64,000 nt of DNA, from positions 4,712,001 through 4,776,000 of the forward strand of contig NC_079238.1 in NCBI RefSeq assembly GCF_027921745.1. Reading direction: 5' to 3'. Every line of letters starts with the position of its first letter. The first letter of the stretch is position 1. The notes beneath the pieces are model-generated. The model was not told where the DNA came from. It did not search any database and saw nothing but the letters and a program-made list of their open reading frames with translations. This DNA comes from Schizosaccharomyces osmophilus (lineage: Eukaryota). Shown in pieces: positions 1 to 11,872 of this stretch. The position numbers and the translations under genes were made by a program.

Positions 1-420
1 TATTTTGTACCAGAGGGCTATACCCCATTACTTGTTCCCATGTCTCAGACCTACCGGTTTGAAAGCTATGGTTTAGCACAGACTCCACAATTGACATCTT
101 ATAAACTGGATAACTGCAGAGTACCGGGATACATAATGAAGAACATACGAAAGCAAAACATGCCTGCAAGAGCACCGCGACCACCGAATGCCTTCATTCT
201 ATACCGTAAAGAAAAGCAATCATTACTATCCGAAACCAATCCTGGTATGACTAATGCTGAGGTTTCTAAATTGGTTGGTCAGCTCTGGAAAGAGGAATCA
301 AATGAAGTGAAGTTGAAGTACTTTAAGATGTCAGAATGTTATAAAACCGAACACGAAAAACTGTATCCAAACTACAAATATCAACCAAGAACGAGGAAGT
401 CTAAGAATTATTTAAAGTAA
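1..420 (+). CDS. mat-Mc: Mating-type M protein Mc (HMG box), 5'-truncated by the window edge; probably the silent mat3-M donor copy
   Basis: Frame is open from base 1; MATA-type HMG box PRPPNAFILYRKEK...SKLVGQLWKEE...HEKLYPNYKYQP; followed by an H1 box. Confidence 0.93.
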   Translation, partial: YFVPEGYTPLLVPMSQTYRFESYGLAQTPQLTSYKLDNCRVPGYIMKNIRKQNMPARAPRPPNAFILYRKEKQSLLSETNPGMTNAEVSKLVGQLWKEESNEVKLKYFKMSECYKTEHEKLYPNYKYQPRTRKSKNYLK

Positions 421-764
421 TAGTTTTAATATATTTAATTTATTGATGGTCATTAATTCCTATGAGTGCCTGTAATCCTAGTATTCCCAGTAGTCCAAAT
501 GAGCAGAGCATACTTACCCGGTAAATTGGTACGGCTGTAAAGTTTTGTGCGACAATGGATAGCGATTATCTAATAAAATTATATTACATCTATTAAAGGT
601 TTAATTAGCGAATAATGATTCAGGTGACATTTTAGTAGGCGTCAGTAGTCAGGTCATGTCCGACCTAGGAGCGATATAGTTCATACATGTCAAAATACAT
701 GCGATTGAGTGCCCCAATTCTATTAAAACATGCTGTCTTTTTCTTTCCGTTGATATTCTCCAAT

Positions 765-827
765 ATTTTTTTTTCGGAAAACAAATGTATAGGCTTTCTC
801 TATTGTTTTATGTCGTTCGTTTCCATG
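765..827 (+). repeat. H1 homology box of the M cassette
   Basis: 63-bp exact inverted copy at 1422-1484; resembles S. pombe H1 as recalled (...AAATGTATAG.CTTTCTC..TTGTTTT...TCGTTCGTTTCCATG); lies downstream of Mc. Confidence 0.88.
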
Positions 828-1421
828 GGCAATGTTGCAAAAACGCCGAATGTTGCATAACCATTTTTACAGCCTTTTGAATACGTTAATAGTAGTACTA
901 TGGTAGTTTTAGAGCTCGTGTATTGTCCGTATATCGTTTTTTATGGTAGGGTGAAATTTAATTATGTCGAAAACCATAGTATTCAGCAGTTTTTTTTGCA
1001 TTTTTGTTTAATTTATACTTTTTATTAATCATATAAAATTATTCAAGTCGGTTTCTTACTAAAAAAAAGTTAATCAATTAATAACTCGGCACCTAGCGGT
1101 TTTCTAAATATCAAACAAATTTTATAAGAAATAAAAAATTAGTCTTATTACAAATAAATTAGTTTAAGCTTGATTGGTTTTGATTTGAAAAAGCAAATAA
1201 ATTGAAGATAGTTTCGAACTATCTTCAGTGACTTGAATGGCAGAATTCCATGTGCACACGTCTAAAAAAGCATTTTTAATTAAAAGAACATAAAATTAGA
1301 AACTATTTTGTAATACTTTATGGTCCTAAAGCTTACATACTGGGTCTCTGCGAACTCAGAAACATTTTCTGCAACATGAAGGGGAAAGCAGCTTAAAACA
1401 AAAGCAATAGACAATTAAATA

Positions 1422-1484
1422 CATGGAAACGAACGACATAAAACAATAGAGAAAGCCTATACATTTGTTTTCCGAAAAAAAAAT
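1422..1484 (-). repeat. H1 homology box of the P cassette (inverted relative to the M cassette)
   Basis: Exact reverse complement of 765-827; lies downstream of Pi. Confidence 0.88.
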
Positions 1485-1623
1485 TTATGAATTCCAAACA
1501 CGCAAAAAATTGAACGGGACCTACTGATAGAAATGGCTTAATAGAACTACTGTATAATTGTATGTACAAAGAAATTGAAAAAAAGTTGTATAGTATTGTC
1601 TATTCCTGCATTATCGGTGCTAG

Positions 1624-2100
1624 TTAGCGTCGTCTATTGGAAAACCAATTACGCAATTGATTTCTCGTTAAACCAGTTTCAAGACACAATTGGTAGTATT
1701 CTGAAGGTGTAGGATATGGATTATCAACATGAAGTAATAGCCAACGCATTAAATGAGCCTTGATACAATCTGCACAGGTATCTCTGGATGTCACTAAGGG
1801 ACGTCCACTCGCGTTACTTATGTGAATGCAGTTCAATACATTTGGTTTGAAAAGTTGAGCTTGTAAACTGAAGTTAAGAGTGTTTCGCGTGACATTTTCG
1901 TGTATTTTAACATTGCAGACGTGTTTAATTGATTCCAATATTTTAAAGCTCTCAAGAATGTACTTAGCAGGGACGTGTTTAACATCAACCAGTAGTCCAT
2001 ACGCGTGTTTCAATTGCTCTAATATAAATCCAAATCTTTCATGATTAATTGTAACAAATTTTCGCAGTAAATTATTTAAAAAAGAGATCAATTCTTTCAT
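1624..2100 (-). CDS. mat-Pi: Mating-type P homeodomain protein Pi (Pm)
   Basis: C-terminal homeodomain HLMRWLLLHVDNPYP...QLRNWFSNRRR; ATG at 2100 gives 158 aa, similar to S. pombe Pi; the upstream ATG at 2184 would overlap the promoter TR box. Confidence 0.92.
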   Translation of the reverse strand: MKELISFLNNLLRKFVTINHERFGFILEQLKHAYGLLVDVKHVPAKYILESFKILESIKHVCNVKIHENVTRNTLNFSLQAQLFKPNVLNCIHISNASGRPLVTSRDTCADCIKAHLMRWLLLHVDNPYPTPSEYYQLCLETGLTRNQLRNWFSNRRR

Positions 2101-2162
2101 ATTGACTGTTGTATTAATGCTAACTTTCAGAAGTACACTTCGGTAATCTAAGTTACAGAGAG

Positions 2163-2172
2163 AACAAAGAAA
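2163..2172 (-). promoter_or_regulatory. Ste11 TR box (TTTCTTTGTT) in the divergent Pi/Pc promoter
   Basis: AACAAAGAAA on the + strand, between the Pi and Pc start codons. Confidence 0.7.
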
Positions 2173-2232
2173 AGGAGCCACCATACAACTATAAATGGAC
2201 CGCAGAACCCACCAACTTTCTAAATATTTAAA

Positions 2233-2586
2233 ATGAATCCAACATTAAAAAACCCAGTGTTCTTACCGGTTCTAACACCTTCTACTTTATTTAAAACAAG
2301 AAAAAATCGGACGTCTAATCACAACTATAAGAACGGTTTCATCTTATTTCGGAGCAGGATTCACAAGCTTTTAAAATCTTCAGGAGACTGGGGCGGTGTC
2401 TCTGCTAAATGTTCAAATATATGGCGTTCTTTACCTCAAAATGTTAAATCAGCATGGTCACAAACAGCAGAATTAAGTCAGTACCAGGATGTGCGGAAAC
2501 AAATTGCAACGTTAGAAAAAATTATCCTTACCCTCTGGCATAAAGAACACAACAACTATAAACTACATATAAGCACGGTTCAGTAA
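2233..2586 (+). CDS. mat-Pc: Mating-type P protein Pc
   Basis: 117 aa, divergent from Pi; NGFILFRSRIHKLL...WGGVSAKCSNIWRSLP HMG/alpha-like segment. Confidence 0.9.
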   Translation: MNPTLKNPVFLPVLTPSTLFKTRKNRTSNHNYKNGFILFRSRIHKLLKSSGDWGGVSAKCSNIWRSLPQNVKSAWSQTAELSQYQDVRKQIATLEKIILTLWHKEHNNYKLHISTVQ

Positions 2587-2750
2587 ATTTGGAAGGCGTT
2601 TCTGGCTATTAGGTTGGATGCTGTGCATACAGAAAAATTATGTTATTCCAGTCCCTACAATCTAAACTATAAAAGACTTCTAATTGTATATTTATCAAGT
2701 TCTATGAATTGTTATCCGACTTTATTTGGTCCATCTACTTGATGACAAGT
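2560..2750. repeat. Expected H2/H3 homology boxes of the P cassette (boundaries approximate)
   Basis: Position only (3' end of Pc, by analogy with S. pombe); the partner copy lies outside the window and cannot be compared. Confidence 0.3.
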
Positions 2751-5443
2751 TGACAGTCATAGCAGCATACTGTCAGCTCAGATTTTATCCCATTTGTCAT
2801 AATCAATTGAATGCACTATTTATATCTCTCTATATCTTTTTATATATCTTTTTCTACCTTTTGAGCTTCTTTCTCATTCTTGAACCTTTTGAGGCACTTA
2901 CCTGGGAGATTAAATTAAGATATCTGTTTAAGCTTGATTTTTAAAACAGGCTCTATCTTTGACGAAGATAGAGCTTGGTTAATGAGTTTCAGTGAATACT
3001 CCGGTGTATGACGCATTTCAAAGTAACATGACGCATTTCAGATTTCCTTGTGTGATCAACGACGAGAAAGTAAACAATAAGAATTTAAAGAAAATATGAA
3101 AAATTTAAACGAACTGAAAAACACAAACCAAGGATTTGAAATATAGGTGATTAAGGTTGAACTGAACAGTTGGTCCCTTAAAATATGAATGAAAATAAGT
3201 CCTAGTGCCAAATAATGAACCCGATTGAGCTGAAACTCACGATTTATGACTGCTACCGGAGCTGTATCCGAAAAGCGTTATTGCTGTACGTACTTGGGAA
3301 ACCCGAAATAAAGTAAGTGCGTTTATGAGGGTAAGTCAATAAAATGGTGAAGGGGGGAACGATAAAAATTGAATATCCTAAAGGATTTAAAATGAAACTT
3401 GCAGTGACTTTGTTAAACCCAGCTTAACGAGAGGCAATGCCTATGAAAGATGAAATTTTGCGGATATCATCATAAATAAGGTGTTATATGTGCGCATTCC
3501 CAGTCATTGTTTAGCAGCTAGCTTATTCTCTTTGAGTTTGTAGATTTGTTATCCTTGAACCAACGCTAGATTTACCAAGAAGGTTTATTCCTTGTTTGTA
3601 ATAGGTTTCGATCTTGAGCATATAATCGAAGGTATTTACATGAGCCTTATGAATACTTCTTGTAACCAGTAAGTATGTTCTATATTTTTTTTGTCACATT
3701 TACAAACTTCTAGCTTATCATGTTAACTTATTTGTGATGTATACTCTGGCATATACGTGCATTTCTACCGAAGATAAAAAGTAGATTTTTTTCCCTGTTA
3801 TTTCTGTTCAACCCGTACGCTTGAATTGTGAGTTACACGTGTTAGGTATGCTACTTCATCCACTTGAACGAACCTGCATCTTTTTGCGATTGTAAATTTC
3901 GAACAGGACGTAATCGATCTAAGAACACGAAAATAATAATCTATTTTTATTAATGAAGGCTTCTCTTGGTTGAAAAGGTTTGTAATTTTATCCGGATCTT
4001 TCGATTTTTTCATATTGTTTACATATAATTCAATTTTTGGTTTTCTGATTCGACAGTTTTAGTAATTAATTGAGGAAAGTCTCACATCTGAATAGCAATG
4101 GGCAAAATATGAAGCATTACTAAGGGAAGAGGTATGTATTCCTTTAGAAATAAAAAAAAAAGCTACCCGCATGAGGAAAGTATCCAGTAACGCAATAGCA
4201 AGACAAGTAGCATCCCTTCGTGGGTTTATACGATGATGAATGTAGCAACTTTTTGCTAATCATATGATGATCGCAATTTCCCGGTATTCTTCACATCTAT
4301 TCCTCTATAAAATTTTGAGTGCTAAAAGTTTTGCAAGGTATTAATTTTTGGAGATAACTTTATGAGTTATTGAATTACAGCATAATACGCCCTAACCGTA
4401 AATTCCCGATATGACCAAGGTTGCTTAGTTTCGAATTTGCAATGCCGGAAGAGAAAAGATCATTACTTACGAAAATTAAGACAGAGCAAAATAGTTTTTT
4501 TTTCAAGTCTTGTGCGTAAGCAAAAACCAATTAATGAAGCAGATACATTGTTGTTATCTGAAAAGTGTATTGATTCAACAATATTTCCTGAGTGACTAAA
4601 TTAAATTAGATCGTTTTATTATTACAATTATAAATGCTTTTTAACAAAACTATGACGGCATAAATGAATTAGTCCTTGTTTTTGGCCAGAGTGTTGTGAG
4701 GTACGTAGAGCGCTATCTCTCAATCAGTGAATCATCCGTGCAAGAAAAAAAAATTTCAGCCCTCTAAAAACTATTACTTTTGATTATATTTCAGTACGAT
4801 TTTGAGAGGATAGATTTAACATATCATTGCTAGCATGATGTAGTGAAAACCATGGAAACAGTCATATATTGTCGAATGTAAAAAAATGTTAGAACAAAAA
4901 TTTACGAATACAGTTTTTAGAGCTAATTTAAACGATTACGTCCGAGACGAGACGGTGGAGAATATCTGTAAAGGAACAAAATAATCAGGGTAATACACGA
5001 CGTCGATAAATAAACTTGCCTGCTTGGTTCGGTGAACATGTCGCTTAGAATAAATTAAGGAAACTGGAACAATAAACTAATTGACAGAAAATTTATGGAA
5101 TCTGTATATGCTAGATCAAATCATAAATCACTGCTTACGTACTACTTGGGGTAAAGCAAGTACGCGTACTCAAAGCAACAATGAAAATTTGGGTAGAATA
5201 TAAACATACTTTAAGTTGTGATAGTTATTTCCGCTTGCATTGAGGACCGAATACTGTTCATATTCGCAGTCCATAGCCAAGTTACCAGTCAAGAAAAGTG
5301 TAATTGTATTTATAATATATGACTAACCCTAACAATAGATATTTTGAAATAAAAAAAAATTCAGAGTAATAACTAAATATTTAATGACGCTAAAGATGCT
5401 TCGAACATACATTGATTTTATTGGACTATGTCGAATCTCTTGG

Positions 5444-5499
5444 TGTCACATTACCCATATACGATATTAGTAATATCGTTTTATGATTATTGTATAACA
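5444..5499 (+). repeat. 5' LTR stub
   Basis: TGTCA...ACA; shares TATACGATATTA.TAATATC with 9756-9795. Confidence 0.55.
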
Positions 5500-5622
5500 A
5501 TAAGGATTCAGTGAATGTAATGAAGAAACAAAGAAACTGTTTAGACAAAGAGTCGAAAGAAGATAAAGAAAATAGGTTTAGATAAAGACTTTGTTACTAA
5601 TTATATAAATGCGCAAATTAAA

Positions 5623-8600
5623 ATGATGTCTGATCAGATGATGGTCATGAATCAAGAAAGGATGGCCGAAAAAATAAGTAAAATGGAAAATGACGAAGAT
5701 TATATTTATGAAACACCGTTAGACATGATCGAATTGATATCACAGAATTACGGTGCAAAATTCAGTTTATATCTAGATGAAGTCAGAAGAAACATACCAA
5801 AAACATTTACTGGAAAAACAACCAAGCGTTAAGTGATTTCAAAGATGCACTGGTAATGATCTTTACAACAGTACCCCTAGTGTTTCCAACTGATCGCGAA
5901 AAAATCATTTATCTTTATGATAGAGCTGGAGAACATTATCGAAACCAAATTAGGGAGATTGTGAAAAAACCCGGAAAGAATAAAATTTTTAAGTACGTCT
6001 ATGAACAAACCCTTGAAAATGGAATAAGCGATTCCTGGTTTAAAAACATTGCATGAATATTTAGAACAAACACCAAATTTGGATCTTGACTTTCATGATT
6101 ATGAGAAATGGATCAATAGCTTAGACCAAAAACATATTAGGGTCACTATCTTTTTTAGCCTCAAAATGAATCATCGAAGCCTTCTTCTTGATAATCGTTA
6201 TGAAAAAGGAGATATACATCAAGCAAGGGAACAGGCATAGAGAAAGTTTTGGTACACACCACTTCCAAAACCAACGAAATATACACGCCAACACTTTTCA
6301 CCGTCGAAACAGAAAATTTGGAAACCTAATAAGCGCGAACAAATCAAGAACCGGGATGACATCAAAAATGAAGCGAAACCAAAGTTAAATGAAATACTAG
6401 AACCTAATGTCGACTCTAAGAGAAATTGAACCATCCATATAAATTAAATTATATTTGAGAGAGCGAAGGACCAAGTATCAAGGTGATGAATTTTCTCAAT
6501 TTTGTGATTTTGAAATCAAAAATTGCAAAATCAATGCGTTCATAGACACAGGCGGAAATGTGTCAGTAATGAGAGAGGATTGAGTTAAACAGTTTGCAAC
6601 TAAATCTAATAAAGAATATAGAATATTCGAGAGTATAACGGAAGACAAACTCGAAGTTAAAGGAAATTCAACACTATCAGTAAAACTTAACGATGGAACG
6701 TATTACGAAAAGTTTAAAATTACACCAAAGGCACAGAATCCAGTTCTTATCCGATGAACTTATAAAAAGGATATAAGGAAGCAGGAAATCCTTGTTTGAC
6801 TGTGACAAACTCAAGGATTGGAATAATAACCCTGAAGAAACTAAATATAAACTTCATGAAATATTACCGCGTTTCGACAAAGTATTTACACATCCTACAA
6901 ATAATCCGTTACCCGAACACTCAAATAGTGATTTAAGGATCGAACTTACAGACAAATTGCCAAATTATACACCAAAACTAAGGCCTTATACACAAAAGGA
7001 ATACGCAACAAAATACGAAAAGATGCACGAATTATTAAGTCAAGGCCGAATCCGAAAGAGCTCATCAAAATTTATGTGTGCTCCTAAAGTTGTAGCAAAA
7101 AAGGGAACAGATAAATATCTTATGGTTATAAATTACAAACCACTAAACGCGATTACAGAGAGGGATAATTATCCATTACCTAATTTTGAAGAAATCATAA
7201 ATTGGCTTAGCGGAGCCAAAGTCTTCAGTAGAATTAATCTGAAAGAAGCATATCATTTACTTAGAATTCGAAAAGGCGATGAACAAAAGACAGCCTTCAA
7301 GGCACCCTTTGGAGCAATTTAATACAAAGTAATGCCCTTTGGATTAACCACTGCGCCAGCAAATTTTCAAAGGCATATTAACAAAGTACTTTTACCATAC
7401 CTTGGAATTTTTATTATCGTTTATTTGGACGATATTCTGATATTTTCCTCCTCAGAAAAAGAACACGAGGAACATTTACGAAAGGTATTGCAGAAGCTAC
7501 AAGACGCAAATTTATACGCAAATCGAGAGAAATGTACCTTTTTCCAAAAGAAAGTCAAATTCTTAGGTCATATCTTCTCCAACCAAGGACTTGAGATTGA
7601 CCCAGAAAGAATTCAAGCTGTTACAAATTGGCCTGAACCCAATACGTTGCGACGCCTACAATCTTTCTTAGGTTTTGTTAATTATTCCAGACGATTTATG
7701 CCGAATCTTTCAAAATTGGCACGACCGTTATATGATTTAACAAAAAAGAATGTCAAATACAAATGGACCGATCGTCATAAAGAAGCCTTTGTCAACATCA
7801 AGAAAGAGCTAGAAAACGTTTCTATGTTAAAACACTATGATCCAACAAAAGAAACTCGATTAGAAACTGACGCTTCCGACTTTGCCATAGGAGCCATTCT
7901 ATCGCAGAAACAAGAAGACAACGTTTATCATCCAATAGCCTTCTATTCAGAAACATTCACAGATCGTCAATGCATTTGGCCAACATGGGAAAAAGAAGCC
8001 TATGCAATTATTGCTGCTCTCCGAAAATGGTATCATTTCTTAGCTCACACAGAAACACCATTTCAAATATTAACAGATCACAAGAATCTAACATCTATGT
8101 TTACAAAAATTCGCACAGATACTCGTTCCAAAATCAATAGATGGGCAACAGAATTGGAACTATACAATTTCGAAATTCAATATCGACCTGGCCGAAAGAA
8201 TGAACCAGCAGACGCAATCTCGCGTCGTCCAGATTATAAAATCACTGCCATCAATCAACTAAGTGAAGCAAATTATTTAACAAACGTTTTCGATTACGTT
8301 CGCAAAGAATACTCCAATCATAAAAACTTTCAACGAATCCTAAATGGAGACAACGACAATCCGCAATATACAATTATAAACGGCCTCATCATTAATGATA
8401 AAAGACAAATTATCATCCCAAAAGTTCCACAACTAGTTCAGTTGATATGTTATCAATTCCATGATCATCCTATTTCAGGAGGACATCGAGGAAAATTGTC
8501 CACAACAAATCGCATTCGCGAAAAGTTTTATTGGCAAGGAATGACAAGCGATATCCAAAAGTATGTTAAAAATTGTGATATATGCCAGCACAGTAAAACT

Positions 8601-9695
8601 CGAAATCATCAACGCTATGGCCAATTACAACCACTGCCCATTGCAGAAAAACCGTTTCAACATTATTCTATGGATTTTATCGTTGGATTACCAGTATCTC
8701 AAGGTAAAGATGCCATCTTAACAATTGTTGATCGTTTCACCAAAATGGCTTGGTTTCTTCCTTGTAATACAACCACGACCGCAGAACAACTGATTGAAAT
8801 GTTCGAAGATCACATCGTATCGGTATACGGCAATCCAAGAGATATCGTTTCCGACAGAGGACCTGTATTCATTTCTGATAAATGAAAACAATACCTCAAA
8901 GATCATAAAATAACCCTCAAATTATCTTCTGGATATCATCCACAAACGAATGGACAAACTGAGCGTATTAACCAAATAGTAGAAACATATTTACGATGCT
9001 ATATGCATGACAACTTGGAAAATTGGGCTACATATTTGAAGAAAGCACAGTTATGCTATAACTCTGCTGAACATAGCGCTACCAAAGTAAGCCCTGTAAA
9101 GGCCGCATTTGGTATACAACCTATACTAACAGAATGGGATTTGCAATTGATAAACGATCTCGGTACATCATTTTTATCCTCACAAACAGAACCTGTTCAC
9201 GAGATCAGAAACCACATACGAAAAGCAAATGAACGTTATGCAAAATACTATAATCGCAAGACAGAGATACCGCCGATATTCAAATCCGGTGACCAAGTAC
9301 TCATTAAGAATAGTAAAGTGGGATTCTTTCATCAAAACAACAAACTGGAACCAACGTTTGTCGGACCATTCGAAATAAAAAAGAAATTTGCAGAACACAA
9401 CTATACTTTAAATTTTCCTCGTGAAATACGAAGACGATACCCTGCATCATTTCATGTGTCTGAACTCGAACCATACAACGCAGACTCACATGCAAACAAC
9501 TTTCTAGCAAACATAACTATCGACCGTATATTAGACGTCGACAACAACCAAAAGCCTTCGCTTTATTACTGTTTATACCATACGAAACTGTCAAACGACT
9601 ACCTTCGTTCAGTCACTTGGATCCCCACTCACATTGTTCAACAGAAAGCAAATACAAAACTTGTTGAATTTAACCACAGCGCCTCATCTCGATAG
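5623..9695 (+). pseudogene. Disrupted gag-pol polyprotein
   Basis: gag/PR broken by frameshifts and stops; RT-RH-IN (6792-9695) stays in one frame with in-frame stops at 7320-7322 and 8883-8885; first RT Asp appears as Asn (FSRINL). Confidence 0.9.
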
Positions 9696-9755
9696 AACCG
9701 CAAGGAAAACAAGATCTTTCAATTCAAGGAAGTGAAAGCGTCTTAAGAGAGGAGG

Positions 9756-9795
9756 TGTCATAACCGGTATACGATATTACTAATATCTTGATACA
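9756..9795 (+). repeat. 3' LTR stub
   Basis: Begins TGTCA directly after the polypurine tract; similar to 5444-5478. Confidence 0.65.
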
Positions 9796-11872
9796 GGAAA
9801 CACATTGTATTATCAAATACGTTATTACAAAAAGTAAATGTTCATTTTTGCGATTGAAAATTTTAGAAATCTAGAACTAAAGTTATTAAAGAGCTTACTA
9901 ATCCTAGAAAGATATATATACCTCCACTTGAGAGCTCAAATCTTCCAATCTGAAGATTTGACTGATCTAAGTAAATAAATTGTTCATAACACTTTGTTAG
10001 TGAATCAGATCCCTGGGAGCTATTGCTATATAGTCCAAGTAGTACCAAAGCATCCAATTAAAAGTCAAACATACAATTTAATGAATTGTTACTACATACA
10101 TCATTTCCACTGAAAACTTATTTTCATAACAAGTGAGACTCAACCTGTGACACCAATCAGTATATTATTGTACAGCTCTACTCAGACATGAAAAAAAATG
10201 AATTTTTCATTGAAATTTAATAAGTCAGTTTCCATTTCTGGTATATTGCTCTTTTAAACGCTAGATTAATTAACTCTATAAGCGCTAGCCATTCCCAGCC
10301 CAAGTCTTCCTAAGTGAAAATTTTGCTGGAAGAGCTAGAATATATGGTTTGTCAATATTCTCATTTAGTTCGCCAGGTTGTTACTATACATATCTCTCTC
10401 TGGTTATGTAGTAACTCGTTTGAAACCACGCTTTAAAACTTGAAAAATCAATAACCTTTGTATTTCACTTCGTCAAATGATGCGGAGTATTTTGCCGTGA
10501 CGTCATGTATATTACCAAAATATCCAATAATGTAGACAGAAGTTTTGCATACACAAATTTGGCACTTTGTTTACTTTGGTTAGCTTTTTAAAACAGGCTC
10601 ACAACAAAACTGTGGTAATAAAGGAAGGAACCATAATTCCGTAGATATTACCACCGAACTTCATAATGCCAGATTAAATACAAACAAAACACAACCTAGA
10701 TAGCTCATAGAATAATTAATAAAACCTGCATGTAACTCCATTCTAACAAACAATCTTTATTTTTGATACCACACTTCCAATATTATATGAATGAATTAAT
10801 TGAGTAATTAGTGCTATGAATAAGTGACTTTCGGTTGCTTTATATATTAGCAGGAAGGCTAATAAATTTAAATAGTAGAAAACTCTGGCTAAATGTACCA
10901 TCTATTAAACAAAAAGAGCCGACTTTATAAAATTTCCTCATATATATTGTTCATTATAGTCCGCCGAAGTTACGGCTAAAGCGATATTAATAAAGCATAT
11001 TCGCTATCGCTCGTATCAAAGCAAAGTAGACATGGAAAGAAGACAACTTTGCATCATTGAAACTTCAATAAGTCAGGTATGAAGCCGCAATACTGAGGCC
11101 ATCTAAATTTTAGCTAATTTTAAGAAACGTTGAAACTTGAAGATTGGCATAAAGATATCTTAGTCTACAACGTGAATTGTCATGGCATGAATTTGCTTTA
11201 CTTGAAAAAACTTAGAATCTTCTGTGGGGACTAGAAGTTTATATATGTTTACTGTTTAGATTTGATAAAAAAAGTAAATTTTTAAATGCAGTTATTTCTT
11301 ATAGAATCATTAGGGTGATGACCTGAATTACTTGACAGGAAATGGATTTCATTGCAACAGCCGTGTTAATAATATAAAGCTTCTGTTGCTTTAGCTGTTT
11401 AATTCGATGTTTAGTACTGGAATTTTGATTCTTCAATGAAAAACTAGTGTCAAGCGGGTTACTTCGTATTACAAAACAGTAATATATCTTAGTATACGTG
11501 GTAACAATGATATTAAAAAAGAAAAAGCGTAGTATAAGTAATCAAATAAGATGATAATATTATAGATCAACGCAGTACTGCGCAACAACGACTTATAGAA
11601 TGTTATTCGTTGTAGTAATGGTAATCTTAACATAGAGGTATGCTTCGTCTTTTTTAATACTTTCTATTTGCTTAAAGAGTTTGGAAACTAAAAATTTATT
11701 AAGGATCTAATATTTCACACCATAAGAGTTGAGGTTGAATAGGTAGTGTAATAATGATCTCAGGGAACACACAATTTATAACGTCTGCGGGCTGGTAGTC
11801 AAAGAATATTATCGCATTACGGTCGTAACAATTGTTGTCGAACAAAGTAATTCATGGATTTATTAGTTGCCC

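Larger units (their letters stand above)
5444..9795 (+). mobile_element. Degenerate Tf-like Ty3/gypsy (chromovirus-type) LTR retrotransposon
   Basis: gag fragments at 5623-6430; protease motif FIDTGG at ~6540; RT YLDD; RNase H TDASD; integrase HHCC, DFIVGLP, SDRG, GQTER and GPF; polypurine tract AAGAGAGGAGG at 9745-9755 before TGTCA; short related LTR stubs at both ends. Confidence 0.93.

Noticed and set aside
4925..4970. RLRPRRDGGEY resembling a copia integrase motif
   Set aside because: Short, imperfect, with no other supporting motifs
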